This document shows positions 17,867 to 26,229 of a DNA stretch of 35,337 nucleotides, in pieces. The translations under genes were made by a program, and so were the position numbers. The DNA is from a virus, in IMG/VR virus record IMGVR_UViG_3300043754_000046, positions 73,981 to 109,317 of that record. One strand, given 5' to 3'. How positions within the stretch are numbered: position 1 is the first letter of the stretch; each line of letters opens with the position of its first letter. The notes under the pieces are model-generated. The model ran no database searches and was not told where the DNA came from. It saw only the letters and a list, made by a program, of their open reading frames with translations.

Positions 17867-17932
17867 TCGTTAGGGCGACTCTAAACCGCGTTAAGCCCTA
17901 AGCGTCTGCCCCGAAATTCGGGGCAGGGTCGC
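17865..17932 (+). ncRNA. Pistol ribozyme 1
   Basis: P1 AGTCG/CGACT, loop TTAGGG pairs with CCCTAA, TAAA linker, P2 GCG/CGC, TTAAGCCCTAAGCG core, P3, predicted cut G17928/U17929. Confidence 0.92.
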
Positions 17933-17953
17933 AACACAACCAGGGGAGACATC

Positions 17954-18145
17954 ATGATCACTGCTGAGACATATCACGGTAAGCGTGTTGTGAACTCTGT
18001 GATCACGCCACAAGTGTGCAATGACATGATCAACACGTATGAGTCCATGGGGGCCGATATCGTCTATGACACCCATGGCAAAGAGGTATGGGTGTTCGTA
18101 ACCCATGGTCCCGTCGACGTAGCCACGCTCGTTATCGGTCGTTAG
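17954..18145 (+). CDS. Hypothetical protein
   Basis: AGGGGAG RBS. Confidence 0.75.
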   Translation: MITAETYHGKRVVNSVITPQVCNDMINTYESMGADIVYDTHGKEVWVFVTHGPVDVATLVIGR

Positions 18146-18202
18146 GGCGACCTTAAACAGGCATCAAGCCCTAAGCGTCTCCCCGAAATCGGGGAGGGTT
18201 GC
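18137..18202 (+). ncRNA. Pistol ribozyme 2
   Basis: P1 GGTCG/CGACC, pseudoknot TTAGGG/CCCTAA, P2 GCA/TGC, predicted cut G18198/U18199. Confidence 0.92.
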
Positions 18203-18224
18203 ACAACCAACCAGGGGAGGAAAC

Positions 18225-18437
18225 ATGCTACCGGGGCGCACTTTCAAGCGGGTCACGGCACACATGCCCGGGGCCGGAAGCATGACAGGCCCGGTCACAT
18301 CGGATCAGTGCCGGACTATCAGGGACCTTGAAGCCATCTTCCATGGCGACGGAATGTCCATCACTCGTGAGACGAACGGCGACGCCATCGTATACACGGC
18401 GAGCATGGTGCAGATCTTTACGTATCACGTCGACTAG
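18225..18437 (+). CDS. Hypothetical protein
   Basis: AGGGGAGG RBS. Confidence 0.75.
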   Translation: MLPGRTFKRVTAHMPGAGSMTGPVTSDQCRTIRDLEAIFHGDGMSITRETNGDAIVYTASMVQIFTYHVD

Positions 18438-18495
18438 GCGACGTTAAACAGGCGTTAGGCCTAGTGCGTCGCCCCGGAAATCCGGGGCGGATCGC
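18427..18495 (+). ncRNA. Pistol ribozyme 3
   Basis: P1 ACGTCG/CGACGT, covaried pseudoknot ACTAGG/CCTAGT, P2 GCG/CGC, A18491/U18492 at cut site. Confidence 0.85.
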
Positions 18496-18520
18496 AGCAA
18501 TGCGAGAAAGGGGAGGAAAC

Positions 18521-18646
18521 ATGATCATCTGTGAAGCTTCCATGCCGCGTGCGGGTGGCGAGCGTAAGTATCACAAGGCAGTCATCCTGATTCGTATGGC
18601 CTATGCACGACAGGCTTTCTACAGCCGGTTGGCTAAGCGCGCATGA
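18521..18646 (+). CDS. 41-aa basic microprotein
   Basis: GAAAGGGGAGG RBS. Confidence 0.65.
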   Translation: MIICEASMPRAGGERKYHKAVILIRMAYARQAFYSRLAKRA

Positions 18647-18652
18647 CCACCA

Positions 18653-18701
18653 GTCCGGCAGACGGTTTCCACAGACGTAGGCGCAAAGCCACTGCCGGGC
18701 A
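18653..18701 (+). ncRNA. Mini-tRNA-like element 1
   Basis: GTCCGGCAG/CTGCCGGGC-AC; GGC-GCAAA-GCC variant T-loop. Confidence 0.55.
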
Positions 18702-18743
18702 CAAACTCCCCCGATTTTCCGGGGCGAGTGGAAAGGGGAGGAA

Positions 18744-19028
18744 ATGAGCAACGTTCGTCCGCTTCACCAGCTTCAGGCGCCTATCATTTGGCAGAACTTG
18801 CTTCCCACCATACAGGCAACAAATACGGCGTCCGGACAGGTCTTTGCCTGGCACCCGCAGTATCGGGAGGTCATTCAGGTATTCGACAGTGTTTCGGCGT
18901 TCATGTATGGCGGGCAGTCCGACCTAGTGTTGCCCTTCCCGGAGCGGCTCATCAATCCGGTGAGCGGAGTTCCGGCATTGCATCACTACGTCGAGACGAT
19001 TCGGAAGTATCAGGAACGCCCGCAGTGA
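18744..19028 (+). CDS. Hypothetical protein
   Basis: GAAAGGGGAG RBS. Confidence 0.75.
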   Translation: MSNVRPLHQLQAPIIWQNLLPTIQATNTASGQVFAWHPQYREVIQVFDSVSAFMYGGQSDLVLPFPERLINPVSGVPALHHYVETIRKYQERPQ

Positions 19029-19035
19029 TGCGACA

Positions 19036-19077
19036 GCCCCGAACGGTATTCGGCCGGTTCGACTCCGGCCCGGGGCA
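19036..19077 (+). ncRNA. Mini-tRNA-like element 2
   Basis: GCCCCG/CGGGGC-AC; GGCCGG-TTCGACT-CCGGCC. Confidence 0.8.
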
Positions 19078-19110
19078 CTGATCCGAAAGGGTCTGGAAAG
19101 GGGATAGAAC

Positions 19111-19590
19111 ATGGTGGAGATGCCCAAAGAGTTTTTGGGTCGCCCGGTTGTACGGTCCGTCCAGCACGCCACAGACGAAAGCGAAGCGCCCTACTTCGGC
19201 ACTGTCGTTCTCGACTACGGCAACGGCATTCAAACCGTCATCGACGTGTTCAGTCACGACGGTGAGGTGTGGGGCGGGCAGAATGGTGCCCATCGGATTC
19301 TGGCGGACAGTGCCGAACGGATCTTCGTGGACCGGTGCAAGCGGCGCACCCGGTTCACGCACATGGTCATGGAAGGCAAGTGCACCTGGCTTGCCGTAGC
19401 CATGATGCGCTGGGATTCCATTCCAGTATCCGGCCGTGATGAGTTCACGGTCTATGCCCGCGATGCTGCCGGTAAGGCGCGTGACTTCCTGGAGTTCTAC
19501 TACCCGGTGAACCGGGAGGTTCGGAACGCCATCGAGCGTTGGCTTATCCGGTACTCGGAAGCACACACGCATCCGGACCTGCGCTCATGA
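19111..19590 (+). CDS. Hypothetical protein
   Basis: GAAAGGGGAT RBS. Confidence 0.8.
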   Translation: MVEMPKEFLGRPVVRSVQHATDESEAPYFGTVVLDYGNGIQTVIDVFSHDGEVWGGQNGAHRILADSAERIFVDRCKRRTRFTHMVMEGKCTWLAVAMMRWDSIPVSGRDEFTVYARDAAGKARDFLEFYYPVNREVRNAIERWLIRYSEAHTHPDLRS

Positions 19591-19596
19591 GGTCCG

Positions 19597-19643
19597 GCCC
19601 GTAGCCGCGATGTTGGCGGTAGGCTTCGATGCCACTGCGGGCA
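19597..19643 (+). ncRNA. Mini-tRNA-like element 3
   Basis: GCCCGTAG/CTGCGGGC-AC; GGC-TTCGAT-GCC. Confidence 0.7.
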
Positions 19644-19678
19644 CTGGGAGTCATGCGACTCCGGCAAGGAGGGGAAAC

Positions 19679-19849
19679 ATGAACACGTGGACCGTTACCA
19701 CCTGGGCTTTCTATAACGCAGCGGAAGCTGATCCGCATTACGAGCGGCAGGAGGTTACTTTCACTGGCCTGTCCGAAGAACAAAAGGATCGAATCCTTGC
19801 GCTCTCTGACGACGGACTCAAGTTTGATGCCGAAGCCAAAGAAGAGTGA
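19679..19849 (+). CDS. Hypothetical protein (56 aa)
   Basis: AAGGAGGGG RBS. Confidence 0.7.
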   Translation: MNTWTVTTWAFYNAAEADPHYERQEVTFTGLSEEQKDRILALSDDGLKFDAEAKEE

Positions 19850-19861
19850 CCAAATCGCTCA

Positions 19862-19907
19862 GCCCTAAATGGTTTTCAGGGAGGTTCGATTCCTTCCTAG
19901 GGCACCA
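19862..19907 (+). ncRNA. Mini-tRNA-like element 4 (ACCA end)
   Basis: GCCCTA/TAGGGC-ACCA; GGGAGG-TTCGATT-CCTTCC. Confidence 0.8.
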
Positions 19908-19945
19908 TGCGTGATCCGTCACGCAGCAGCAGGAAAGGGGATGCA

Positions 19946-20173
19946 ATGCCGCACAAAGGCTCGTACACCATGGGCACGCAGGAAATGATCGAGCACATGG
20001 TGACGGAACTTCCTGACAAGTACCTGATGGAGCTAAACCAGTCCGACATGGAGACCCTGATTTGGGGTCTCGGCGCGCACGTAGGCTTTGTAACGCCAGA
20101 TGACGCCATGCAGGACCGGATTTCTTCCCTGTTCTCCAGCATCGCAGAGACGCTGGAAATCGAGGGTATCTGA
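19946..20173 (+). CDS. Acidic hypothetical protein
   Basis: GAAAGGGGAT RBS. Confidence 0.75.
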   Translation: MPHKGSYTMGTQEMIEHMVTELPDKYLMELNQSDMETLIWGLGAHVGFVTPDDAMQDRISSLFSSIAETLEIEGI

Positions 20174-20180
20174 TCCGGCA

Positions 20181-20230
20181 GTGCGCAACGGTTGCCCTTA
20201 TGGGTGAGGGTTCGATTCCCTCGACGCACA
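20181..20230 (+). ncRNA. Mini-tRNA-like element 5
   Basis: GTGCG/CGCAC-AC; two mini-hairpins; GAGGG-TTCGATT-CCCTC. Confidence 0.75.
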
Positions 20231-20269
20231 CTCACTCCCCCGAAATTCGGGTGCGAGTGGAAAGGGGAT

Positions 20270-20956
20270 ATGGAAATGGCATTGAGCACGCGTGAGCGTC
20301 GCATTCGTCGCATCCGTCGCGCACTGCCGATCATTGAGGAGCTGGAGGAGTACACCAAGCAGGTCTATTCCGACAATCTCTTCACCAGCGAGGAGGGGCA
20401 CGATGCCTCTCCTATGTGGCTTGCAACTCCCTTTTCACGATCCCGCGACGCTGAGTTGCGGGAAAAGTGCAACTGGGAAGTCGTGAGTGAGGATCTCCTC
20501 GAACGATTCCCCGACACAGTGTCGAGTCAGACGTTCGGTCACTGGGGGTTCGGCTGGTACGAGCGGCTCTACGTCCGTCGTGACGATGCGCTTGCACTCA
20601 GGGCAGTTCAGGGCTGGGTCGGCACGATCCAGGACACTGGGTTCGCCAGCGAGGAGCGTATCGATGAAGCGGAGCGCGAGGAGTACAACGAGTACCTGTC
20701 ATCGCAGCTCGGTGGGTATCCGGGCAACGATGACGACGAGTACCTCGACCGGGTCCGGCGGTACCTCTTTGAGACGCACAGCGCTGTCCGGAGCGATGAG
20801 GTCGACCAGAGCATGATCAAGGACGCCATCGCTCACGTCCCCCACCCCTACGACGACTGGCAGTGGGGTGAGGGCGAGGACGAGGACGAGCGGGAGTGTA
20901 ACTTCTGCGGTCAGTCCGAGTCAGCCGAGTGCCACAATGAGGCGGCACAGCCCTAG
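20270..20956 (+). CDS. Acidic hypothetical protein
   Basis: GAAAGGGGAT RBS; FGHWGFGWYE motif. Confidence 0.8.
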   Translation: MEMALSTRERRIRRIRRALPIIEELEEYTKQVYSDNLFTSEEGHDASPMWLATPFSRSRDAELREKCNWEVVSEDLLERFPDTVSSQTFGHWGFGWYERLYVRRDDALALRAVQGWVGTIQDTGFASEERIDEAEREEYNEYLSSQLGGYPGNDDDEYLDRVRRYLFETHSAVRSDEVDQSMIKDAIAHVPHPYDDWQWGEGEDEDERECNFCGQSESAECHNEAAQP

Positions 20957-20997
20957 GCCTGGTGGCCTGCGTCCGGGTTCGATCCCCGGATGGGGCG
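20950..20997 (+). ncRNA. Mini-tRNA-like element 6
   Basis: GCCCTA/TGGGGC-GC; GGCC-TGGT-GGCC; TCCGGG-TTCGATC-CCCGGA. Confidence 0.8.
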
Positions 20998-21043
20998 CAA
21001 GTTCGCCCGGAAATTTGGGTGAGCTGGAAGGAGGGGAAACTAA

Positions 21044-21445
21044 GTGACTAATCCGGATGACGCTATTACTCAGGCAGTGGCTACGGCTCGGAGCACTGAG
21101 ACTCCGATCAGTCACGGGGTAGCACGTGCCATTGCGATGCGATTTCAGCCCCAAGGACGTGCCCCATAAGGGCGTGCGGTATATCGCAACGCCTTGAAGG
21201 CATTCATTGCGTCAGGAGTTATGAAGTCAATTAACACCACTCCACCACGATGGAGGCCGCATCCCAGCGCTGAGCTCGATGGCGAACATGCCGTTTGGGC
21301 AGCCGTCTCCGGTGAAGGACAGTGGGTACGGGCGTCCGACGCAGAGAAGGATGTGATGGCCGTATTCGGTGACTACTTGCACAGCCGTAAGCAAGCTGGC
21401 GACCTGGATTCTGTGCCTGGCTGGACAGATCTGCCGATCGAATAA
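21044..21445 (+). pseudogene. Array gene interrupted by in-frame TAA (21167-21169)
   Basis: RBS plus GTG 21044 is in frame with ORF 21194..21445; only one stop separates them. Confidence 0.6.
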
Positions 21446-21447
21446 CA

Positions 21448-21490
21448 GCCCTAAGTGGTTCTCGGCTCGGTTCGATTCCGGGCTAGGGCA
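21448..21490 (+). ncRNA. Mini-tRNA-like element 7
   Basis: GCCCTA/TAGGGC-AC; GCTCGG-TTCGATT-CCGGGC. Confidence 0.8.
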
Positions 21491-21517
21491 CGCAGTAACT
21501 AGGAAAGGGGATATGAG

Positions 21518-21778
21518 ATGTCCGAAGAGCACATCGAAGAGGCGCACAGGCAGCAGCTCGACACGCAATATTTCGAGCCTCCTTACGATCCCATCGCAGA
21601 GATGCATGATGAGCTTCAGGAGCGCATTGACCGGCTCAGCTCAGGGTGCGATGGTCTGTTCCTGATTCTGGACACGGCCAAGCACAACGGTTGGCGTCCG
21701 AACGTCAAGGAGATCAAGGAGCACATCCGGGAGTGCCCGGAGTGCTTCCAGGTCAACTCGGATTTCTTGGACGACTGA
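21518..21778 (+). CDS. Hypothetical protein
   Basis: RBS; HxxxCxxC. Confidence 0.75.
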   Translation: MSEEHIEEAHRQQLDTQYFEPPYDPIAEMHDELQERIDRLSSGCDGLFLILDTAKHNGWRPNVKEIKEHIRECPECFQVNSDFLDD

Positions 21779-21780
21779 CA

Positions 21781-21831
21781 GCCCTAGAGAGACACCAGGT
21801 CTCCTAGTCCGGTGCAACTCCGGCTAGGGCA
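21781..21831 (+). ncRNA. Mini-tRNA-like element 8
   Basis: GCCCTAG/CTAGGGC-AC; GAGAC/GTCTC; CCGG-TGCAACT-CCGG. Confidence 0.75.
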
Positions 21832-21873
21832 CTCAATCCCCCGATTTCCGGGGTCGATTGGAAAGGGGAGGAA

Positions 21874-22164
21874 ATGACGGAAGCTGAGGTTACTCCGGCG
21901 ACTCTGGATGAATACCGGAAGATGCTGGAAGAGATCGGCCTGTTCACACGTGTCGTTGACGGCGGTATCGACGCCGTCTGGTGGCTCGGTATGCGCTCTT
22001 TCAGGCTGGCGTTCCGACGCGCCGAAAACGGCTGGTGGGAAATCCACAGCTTGAACGCATTCGAGACGCTGGACGTGATGCTGTGGTGTTCTGCGTACGC
22101 CAGCGACGACACGCGTGAATTCATCAACAACTGGGTACGCGTTCATCCGCGTGCCAAGCGCTGA
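21874..22164 (+). CDS. Hypothetical protein
   Basis: GAAAGGGGAG RBS. Confidence 0.75.
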   Translation: MTEAEVTPATLDEYRKMLEEIGLFTRVVDGGIDAVWWLGMRSFRLAFRRAENGWWEIHSLNAFETLDVMLWCSAYASDDTREFINNWVRVHPRAKR

Positions 22165-22199
22165 TGGTCGTGGGGCTGGTTCGACTCCAGCCCAGCGCA
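22158..22199 (+). ncRNA. Mini-tRNA-like element 9
   Basis: GCGCTG/CAGCGC-AC; GGCTGG-TTCGACT-CCAGCC. Confidence 0.8.
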
Positions 22200-22234
22200 C
22201 TAGCCCGATTTCGGGTGTAAGAAAGGGGAACGCA

Positions 22235-22615
22235 ATGTCCGACGACGTCCGATACCAGGGCGAGCAGATCAGCGGCTACCGGATCACCGGTGAGCACGTC
22301 CAGGAGCTCGCTAACGCATTCGGTAAAAACGTCCTCGTGGTGCAGCCCGGTACCGCATTCCTGTGGGTAATCGGCACCGGCAATAAACACTACGAGGGCG
22401 CCCGGACTGTGTACGCCACCAGTGAACAGGTTGTCGAACTGGCCGCCGAGGAGGACTACGACTCTGAGGGTGGGCTGACCATTGAGGCGGCATGGCGCAT
22501 CGCTGGCGAGATCGAGCGTGAGGGCCGTGCCGCCGCACAGGCGTCTGCTTACACGATGCCCTACTCGGACGGCTTCAGTGCGCGTGTCATGAACACCATG
22601 CACAACGATGATTAA
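22235..22615 (+). CDS. Hypothetical protein
   Basis: GAAAGGGGA RBS. Confidence 0.78.
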   Translation: MSDDVRYQGEQISGYRITGEHVQELANAFGKNVLVVQPGTAFLWVIGTGNKHYEGARTVYATSEQVVELAAEEDYDSEGGLTIEAAWRIAGEIEREGRAAAQASAYTMPYSDGFSARVMNTMHNDD

Positions 22616-22618
22616 TCA

Positions 22619-22674
22619 GTCACCCACTCCCCCGCGAAATCGGCGGGCACGGATCAGATCCGAGGGTGGGACCA
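22619..22674 (+). ncRNA. Mini-tRNA-like element 10 (degenerate, ACCA end)
   Basis: TCACCC/GGGTGG..ACCA; CGG-ATCAGAT-CCG. Confidence 0.5.
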
Positions 22675-22711
22675 TGCGGATATCCACTCCGCAGCAGGAA
22701 AGGGGAGATAG

Positions 22712-23221
22712 ATGATCGCTGAAAACCGCTCCGTGGCCTTCCTGGTCTACGTCGGCACGACGTTCGATGTGAACGGAAACCGGCGCAAGGGCTGGGTGGT
22801 CTACAACACGGACGGGGAGCGCATCGACTTCGTCCAGGAGGACGCAAGCGGCGATGGCCCGTTGCTCGAATCCGGGTACGCCGCGTTCCGCAAGATGGAC
22901 GAGTCCATCAGGATCACCGAGGAGGAGTGGGAGAACCTCTCCAACCTAGCCTCCTACCCGGCGTCGTCGCGCAAGTTCGACAATCTGTTGGCTGAGAAGC
23001 TGTGGGATTTGTCCCTCAGCAGCAACCAGGACGCCGACCTGGGCGACTCCGAGACGTTCGGCTGGTATGCGCTCTTCAAGGGTGACAGTGCCATCCTTAA
23101 CACGAACTCCCAGGGCTTCGTGTCCGTCTCGGTATTCGAGTCCGAGGAGGAGGCAGAGAAGAAGTGGGAGGAGCTGGAGAACGAGTACAGCGAGTTCTGC
23201 GGTGATGACGAGGAGGAGTAG
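22712..23221 (+). CDS. Acidic hypothetical protein
   Basis: GAAAGGGGAG RBS. Confidence 0.8.
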   Translation: MIAENRSVAFLVYVGTTFDVNGNRRKGWVVYNTDGERIDFVQEDASGDGPLLESGYAAFRKMDESIRITEEEWENLSNLASYPASSRKFDNLLAEKLWDLSLSSNQDADLGDSETFGWYALFKGDSAILNTNSQGFVSVSVFESEEEAEKKWEELENEYSEFCGDDEEE

Positions 23222-23230
23222 TCCTCGTCA

Positions 23231-23274
23231 GCCTGTCTGAGTAAGACTCCGCCGGTTCGTGACCGGGACAGGCA
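23231..23274 (+). ncRNA. Mini-tRNA-like element 11
   Basis: GCCTGTC/GACAGGC-AC; CCGG-TTCGTGA-CCGG. Confidence 0.75.
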
Positions 23275-23311
23275 CTAGCCCCGAATTTCGGGGTGAGGAA
23301 AGGGGATAGCA

Positions 23312-23563
23312 ATGACCGAATGCATGAATGGCTATGACGGCACAATCCGGCACCGTGAGTACACGGAAGCCATGTACCGGGTGCAGACGTCGGAAGCTTT
23401 CGCACAATCCACCTGGTGCCCGGACTGCCTGATTCAGTACGTCGAGTCCGGCATGGGGTCGTGTGTCGAGTACGTGGGGCTCCTGGAGCCGCTGAAGACT
23501 CAGGAGGACCGCGACAAGCACGACAAGGTTTTGGGACTCGGCCTCAACGTCGAACAGCCCTGA
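23312..23563 (+). CDS. Hypothetical protein
   Basis: RBS; WCPDC. Confidence 0.75.
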   Translation: MTECMNGYDGTIRHREYTEAMYRVQTSEAFAQSTWCPDCLIQYVESGMGSCVEYVGLLEPLKTQEDRDKHDKVLGLGLNVEQP

Positions 23564-23602
23564 TCTGGTGATCTCGCCGGGGTCCGATTCCCCGGCTGGG
23601 CA
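23557..23602 (+). ncRNA. Mini-tRNA-like element 12
   Basis: GCCC/GGGC-AC; GATC-TGGT-GATC; GCCGGGG-TCCGATT-CCCCGGC. Confidence 0.8.
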
Positions 23603-23639
23603 CGAGCCCGATTTTCGGGTGAAGGAAAGGGGAGGAAAT

Positions 23640-23864
23640 ATGTATCACCCTGACATGGGTACGCTCGCCCAGTTCGTTGGTGAGCAGCCCTACGAGTCTC
23701 CCGCTTTCGTTCCTGGTGTGGATTTCGATCCTTGGGATCCGGAAGAAGTGGAAATCGTCGGACTGGCAACGGAAATCCACCGACACGACAAGATGCGGCG
23801 TCTTGAAGAAGAGAACTCTCGTCTCCGGGCGCGACTTGCCGAACTGACCGACGGCAACGAGTAA
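23640..23864 (+). CDS. Hypothetical protein with coiled-coil tail
   Basis: RBS; RRLEEENSRLRARLAEL. Confidence 0.75.
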   Translation: MYHPDMGTLAQFVGEQPYESPAFVPGVDFDPWDPEEVEIVGLATEIHRHDKMRRLEEENSRLRARLAELTDGNE

Positions 23865-23883
23865 CGCGAACATGGTCTAAGCA

Positions 23884-23925
23884 GCCCCGTATTGGCTGAA
23901 CACGGTTCGAATCCGTGGCGGGGCA
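23884..23925 (+). ncRNA. Mini-tRNA-like element 13
   Basis: GCCCCGT/GCGGGGC-AC; CACGG-TTCGAAT-CCGTG. Confidence 0.8.
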
Positions 23926-23964
23926 CTTTGTGCTGCCCGAAAACGGGAGCACATGAGGGGAGGA

Positions 23965-24195
23965 ATGATGGAGGGATTCATTCACGATTCGATGACGTTC
24001 AAGGTCAGACTACTGACCTCGTGCTGTTCGACATGCGCAGAGCTCATCGAGATCATGTTCGTGCCTGCGGAGTTCGCTCCGTTCATGCCGGACGTACCGA
24101 CGTACCGCGCGGCCGAGGCTCAGCGCGGGGAGTGGGACCAGGAGCACGCCAGGGAGTGCAAGCAGTCACGCCCTTGGCACCTCACAGCGGTGTGA
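23965..24195 (+). CDS. Hypothetical protein
   Basis: GAGGGGAGG RBS. Confidence 0.7.
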   Translation: MMEGFIHDSMTFKVRLLTSCCSTCAELIEIMFVPAEFAPFMPDVPTYRAAEAQRGEWDQEHARECKQSRPWHLTAV

Positions 24196-24200
24196 CCGCA

Positions 24201-24253
24201 GCCCTGATCCGCATCCGAGGCGGACGGCCGGTGCGAGTCCGGCCAGGGCACCA
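24201..24253 (+). ncRNA. Mini-tRNA-like element 14 (ACCA end)
   Basis: GCCCTG/CAGGGC-ACCA; TCCGC/GCGGA; GCCGG-TGCGAGT-CCGGC. Confidence 0.8.
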
Positions 24254-24294
24254 TGCGTCCCTGTTGGGCGCAGCAGCAGGAAAGGGGAGAGCAC

Positions 24295-24696
24295 ATGGGC
24301 AAGTACGTGGTCGTTCTCGATGAGAAGGACGAGCCCACCCAGGAAGACACTGCGTCCCACATCTTCGGTGCGATCCCGCACACCTATGACTGGTGGCGGG
24401 GGATCACGGAGCACTGGGACACGCAGGACGCTCCCGACGGGTGGACAGCGACGATCCGCGTCACCGACCCGGAGGACGAGAACGAAGAGCGGACGATCGT
24501 CAAGACGATCACCCACACCGACCTCATGGACGCGATGCGGAAGATCATCAGCGGTGAGATCGGCGAGGATGTGACCGACTCGTGCAAGGGCGCGTGCCGG
24601 GACTTCGTCTTCAACCGCGACGCGGCCGACTTCGACGCGGCCACCTCCGACGAGGTACTCCAGGTCGCGGTACTCGGAAAGGTCGTCTACTGCTGA
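24295..24696 (+). CDS. Acidic phage protein
   Basis: RBS; DFDAATSDEVLQVAVLGKVVY tail. Confidence 0.8.
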   Translation: MGKYVVVLDEKDEPTQEDTASHIFGAIPHTYDWWRGITEHWDTQDAPDGWTATIRVTDPEDENEERTIVKTITHTDLMDAMRKIISGEIGEDVTDSCKGACRDFVFNRDAADFDAATSDEVLQVAVLGKVVYC

Positions 24697-24702
24697 GTGC
24701 CA

Positions 24703-24756
24703 GCCCAGCGAGGGCCCCGGATTCCGGGGCGACGGGTGCGAGTCCCGTCCTGGGCG
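24703..24756 (+). ncRNA. Mini-tRNA-like element 15
   Basis: GCCCAG/CTGGGC-GC; GACGGG-TGCGAGT-CCCGTC. Confidence 0.8.
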
Positions 24757-24820
24757 CTAGGACCCCTGACTGTCGGCGGGTCCTACTAGGCTGCGGCCTA
24801 GTGAGCAAAGGGGATAGAAC

Positions 24821-25147
24821 ATGAGTGAGGACAGGACACCGCCCGGCATGTACTACGCGGGCTCCAAGCATGGCATGGGCCTGGCCACGCACAACGTCGC
24901 GGTCTGGTTGGAGAACGAGCCGGGCCTCCTGGAACGGGCGCGTGAGATCGTCGCCAAGGGTGGTGACGACCTGCTCCGGCAGTGGGTGACGTTCCTGTGG
25001 TACGGAGCCCCGGAAGGCGGCTTCAATCTGAACGACGAGCCCAAGCACGACAGTCGGATCGTCTTGAACCTCAAGACAGACACCGACCGGGACGCCTTCC
25101 GAAGGATCGACTGGCAGTACGTACGCGAGTCCGTGAACGCCGAGTAA
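24821..25147 (+). CDS. Hypothetical protein
   Basis: AAAGGGGAT RBS; similar motifs to 25745..25999. Confidence 0.78.
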   Translation: MSEDRTPPGMYYAGSKHGMGLATHNVAVWLENEPGLLERAREIVAKGGDDLLRQWVTFLWYGAPEGGFNLNDEPKHDSRIVLNLKTDTDRDAFRRIDWQYVRESVNAE

Positions 25148-25149
25148 CA

Positions 25150-25197
25150 ACCCCAGGTCTGGTGACCTCCTTCCCGGTTCAATTCCGGGATGGGGTA
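25150..25197 (+). ncRNA. Mini-tRNA-like element 16
   Basis: ACCCCA/TGGGGT-AC; GGTC-TGGT-GACC; TCCCGG-TTCAATT-CCGGGA. Confidence 0.8.
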
Positions 25198-25242
25198 CTG
25201 GGCAGTCCGGAGCCCGAAATCCGGAAATGGAAAGGGGAGGGC

Positions 25243-25647
25243 ATGTATCAGATAGTGAAGGAGCGTCCGGGCCTCCCGGTCGTGGATGACTGCACTCGGG
25301 ACGACTTCAACCAGGTAGGTCACTGCGGTGAGTACAAGGGTGTCGTCGTCGGCAAGTGCGGTCGTTGCTGGGACTGCCACGCGATCAAGAACGACCCTGA
25401 TCAGCTGAGGACGGAAGAGAAGACCGCGTCCGAGGTACAAGAGGAGGACTGTTTGGTCTTCCCTGAGGACGACGGCCGCATTGAGGTGTTCAAGGTGAAG
25501 ACCATCGACACCTTCCCCGGCCGGTTCATGGCGGACCTGGACGCTTCCGAGGAACCTGGTGCCAAGTGGTACCGGTTTAGCTGCCATGGTGGTCCGGTCG
25601 CGGCAAGAAACATGGACGACAAGGTTCTGATTATCACCAGAACATGA
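25243..25647 (+). CDS. Hypothetical protein
   Basis: RBS; CxxCxxC. Confidence 0.78.
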   Translation: MYQIVKERPGLPVVDDCTRDDFNQVGHCGEYKGVVVGKCGRCWDCHAIKNDPDQLRTEEKTASEVQEEDCLVFPEDDGRIEVFKVKTIDTFPGRFMADLDASEEPGAKWYRFSCHGGPVAARNMDDKVLIITRT

Positions 25648-25654
25648 CGTCTTA

Positions 25655-25708
25655 CCCCGAAATCCGTATAGGCGGATACACCCGAGTTCGAGTCTCGGGC
25701 GGGGACCA
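25655..25708 (+). ncRNA. Mini-tRNA-like element 17 (ACCA end)
   Basis: CCCCG/CGGGG-ACCA; ATCCG/CGGAT; CCCGAG-TTCGAGT-CTCGGG. Confidence 0.78.
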
Positions 25709-25744
25709 TGCGGAGATATCCGCAGTAGTTGGAAAGGGGACGCA

Positions 25745-25999
25745 ATGAGCGATGAGGGATACAACGGCTACACGAACTGGGCAACCTGGTTCGTCGTTTC
25801 CGAGCTGGAGAACAACGCGGAATGGTACAAGCTGACGCAGAGACTCGTGCGTACCGAGGCGCCTGCCGAGGAGTTCAAGAAACTCGCGAAAACGTGCCTG
25901 TTCCCCTCCGCCGACGTCACCTCCTACGGCGAGATGGGCCGCAGCAACTTCGAGGACGTCAACTTCGAGGAAATCCGCGACACTCTCCTCAACAACTAG
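25745..25999 (+). CDS. Phage protein with YNGxTNWATW motif
   Basis: RBS; YNGYTNWATW..VNFEEI. Confidence 0.8.
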   Translation: MSDEGYNGYTNWATWFVVSELENNAEWYKLTQRLVRTEAPAEEFKKLAKTCLFPSADVTSYGEMGRSNFEDVNFEEIRDTLLNN

Positions 26000-26015
26000 T
26001 CGGCCAGGAGACAAA

Positions 26016-26222
26016 ATGACCGATCACTTCGAGCCCGGCACACGTGTCCGCGCCGAGGAAACCGGCGAGATCCCCGAGCAGTTCGGCTACGTGGATCGGG
26101 ATCACGGTGGTGCCGTCGTGCACATCTTTTTCGACGGGCAGGATACGAGGTACCCACACAATGCCACACCTGTTCCCCGTGAACAGGTGCACGCAGTAGT
26201 CGAGGAAGACGAGGAAGACTGA
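26016..26222 (+). CDS. Hypothetical protein
   Basis: AGGAG RBS. Confidence 0.7.
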   Translation: MTDHFEPGTRVRAEETGEIPEQFGYVDRDHGGAVVHIFFDGQDTRYPHNATPVPREQVHAVVEEDEED

Positions 26223-26229
26223 CCTGCAA

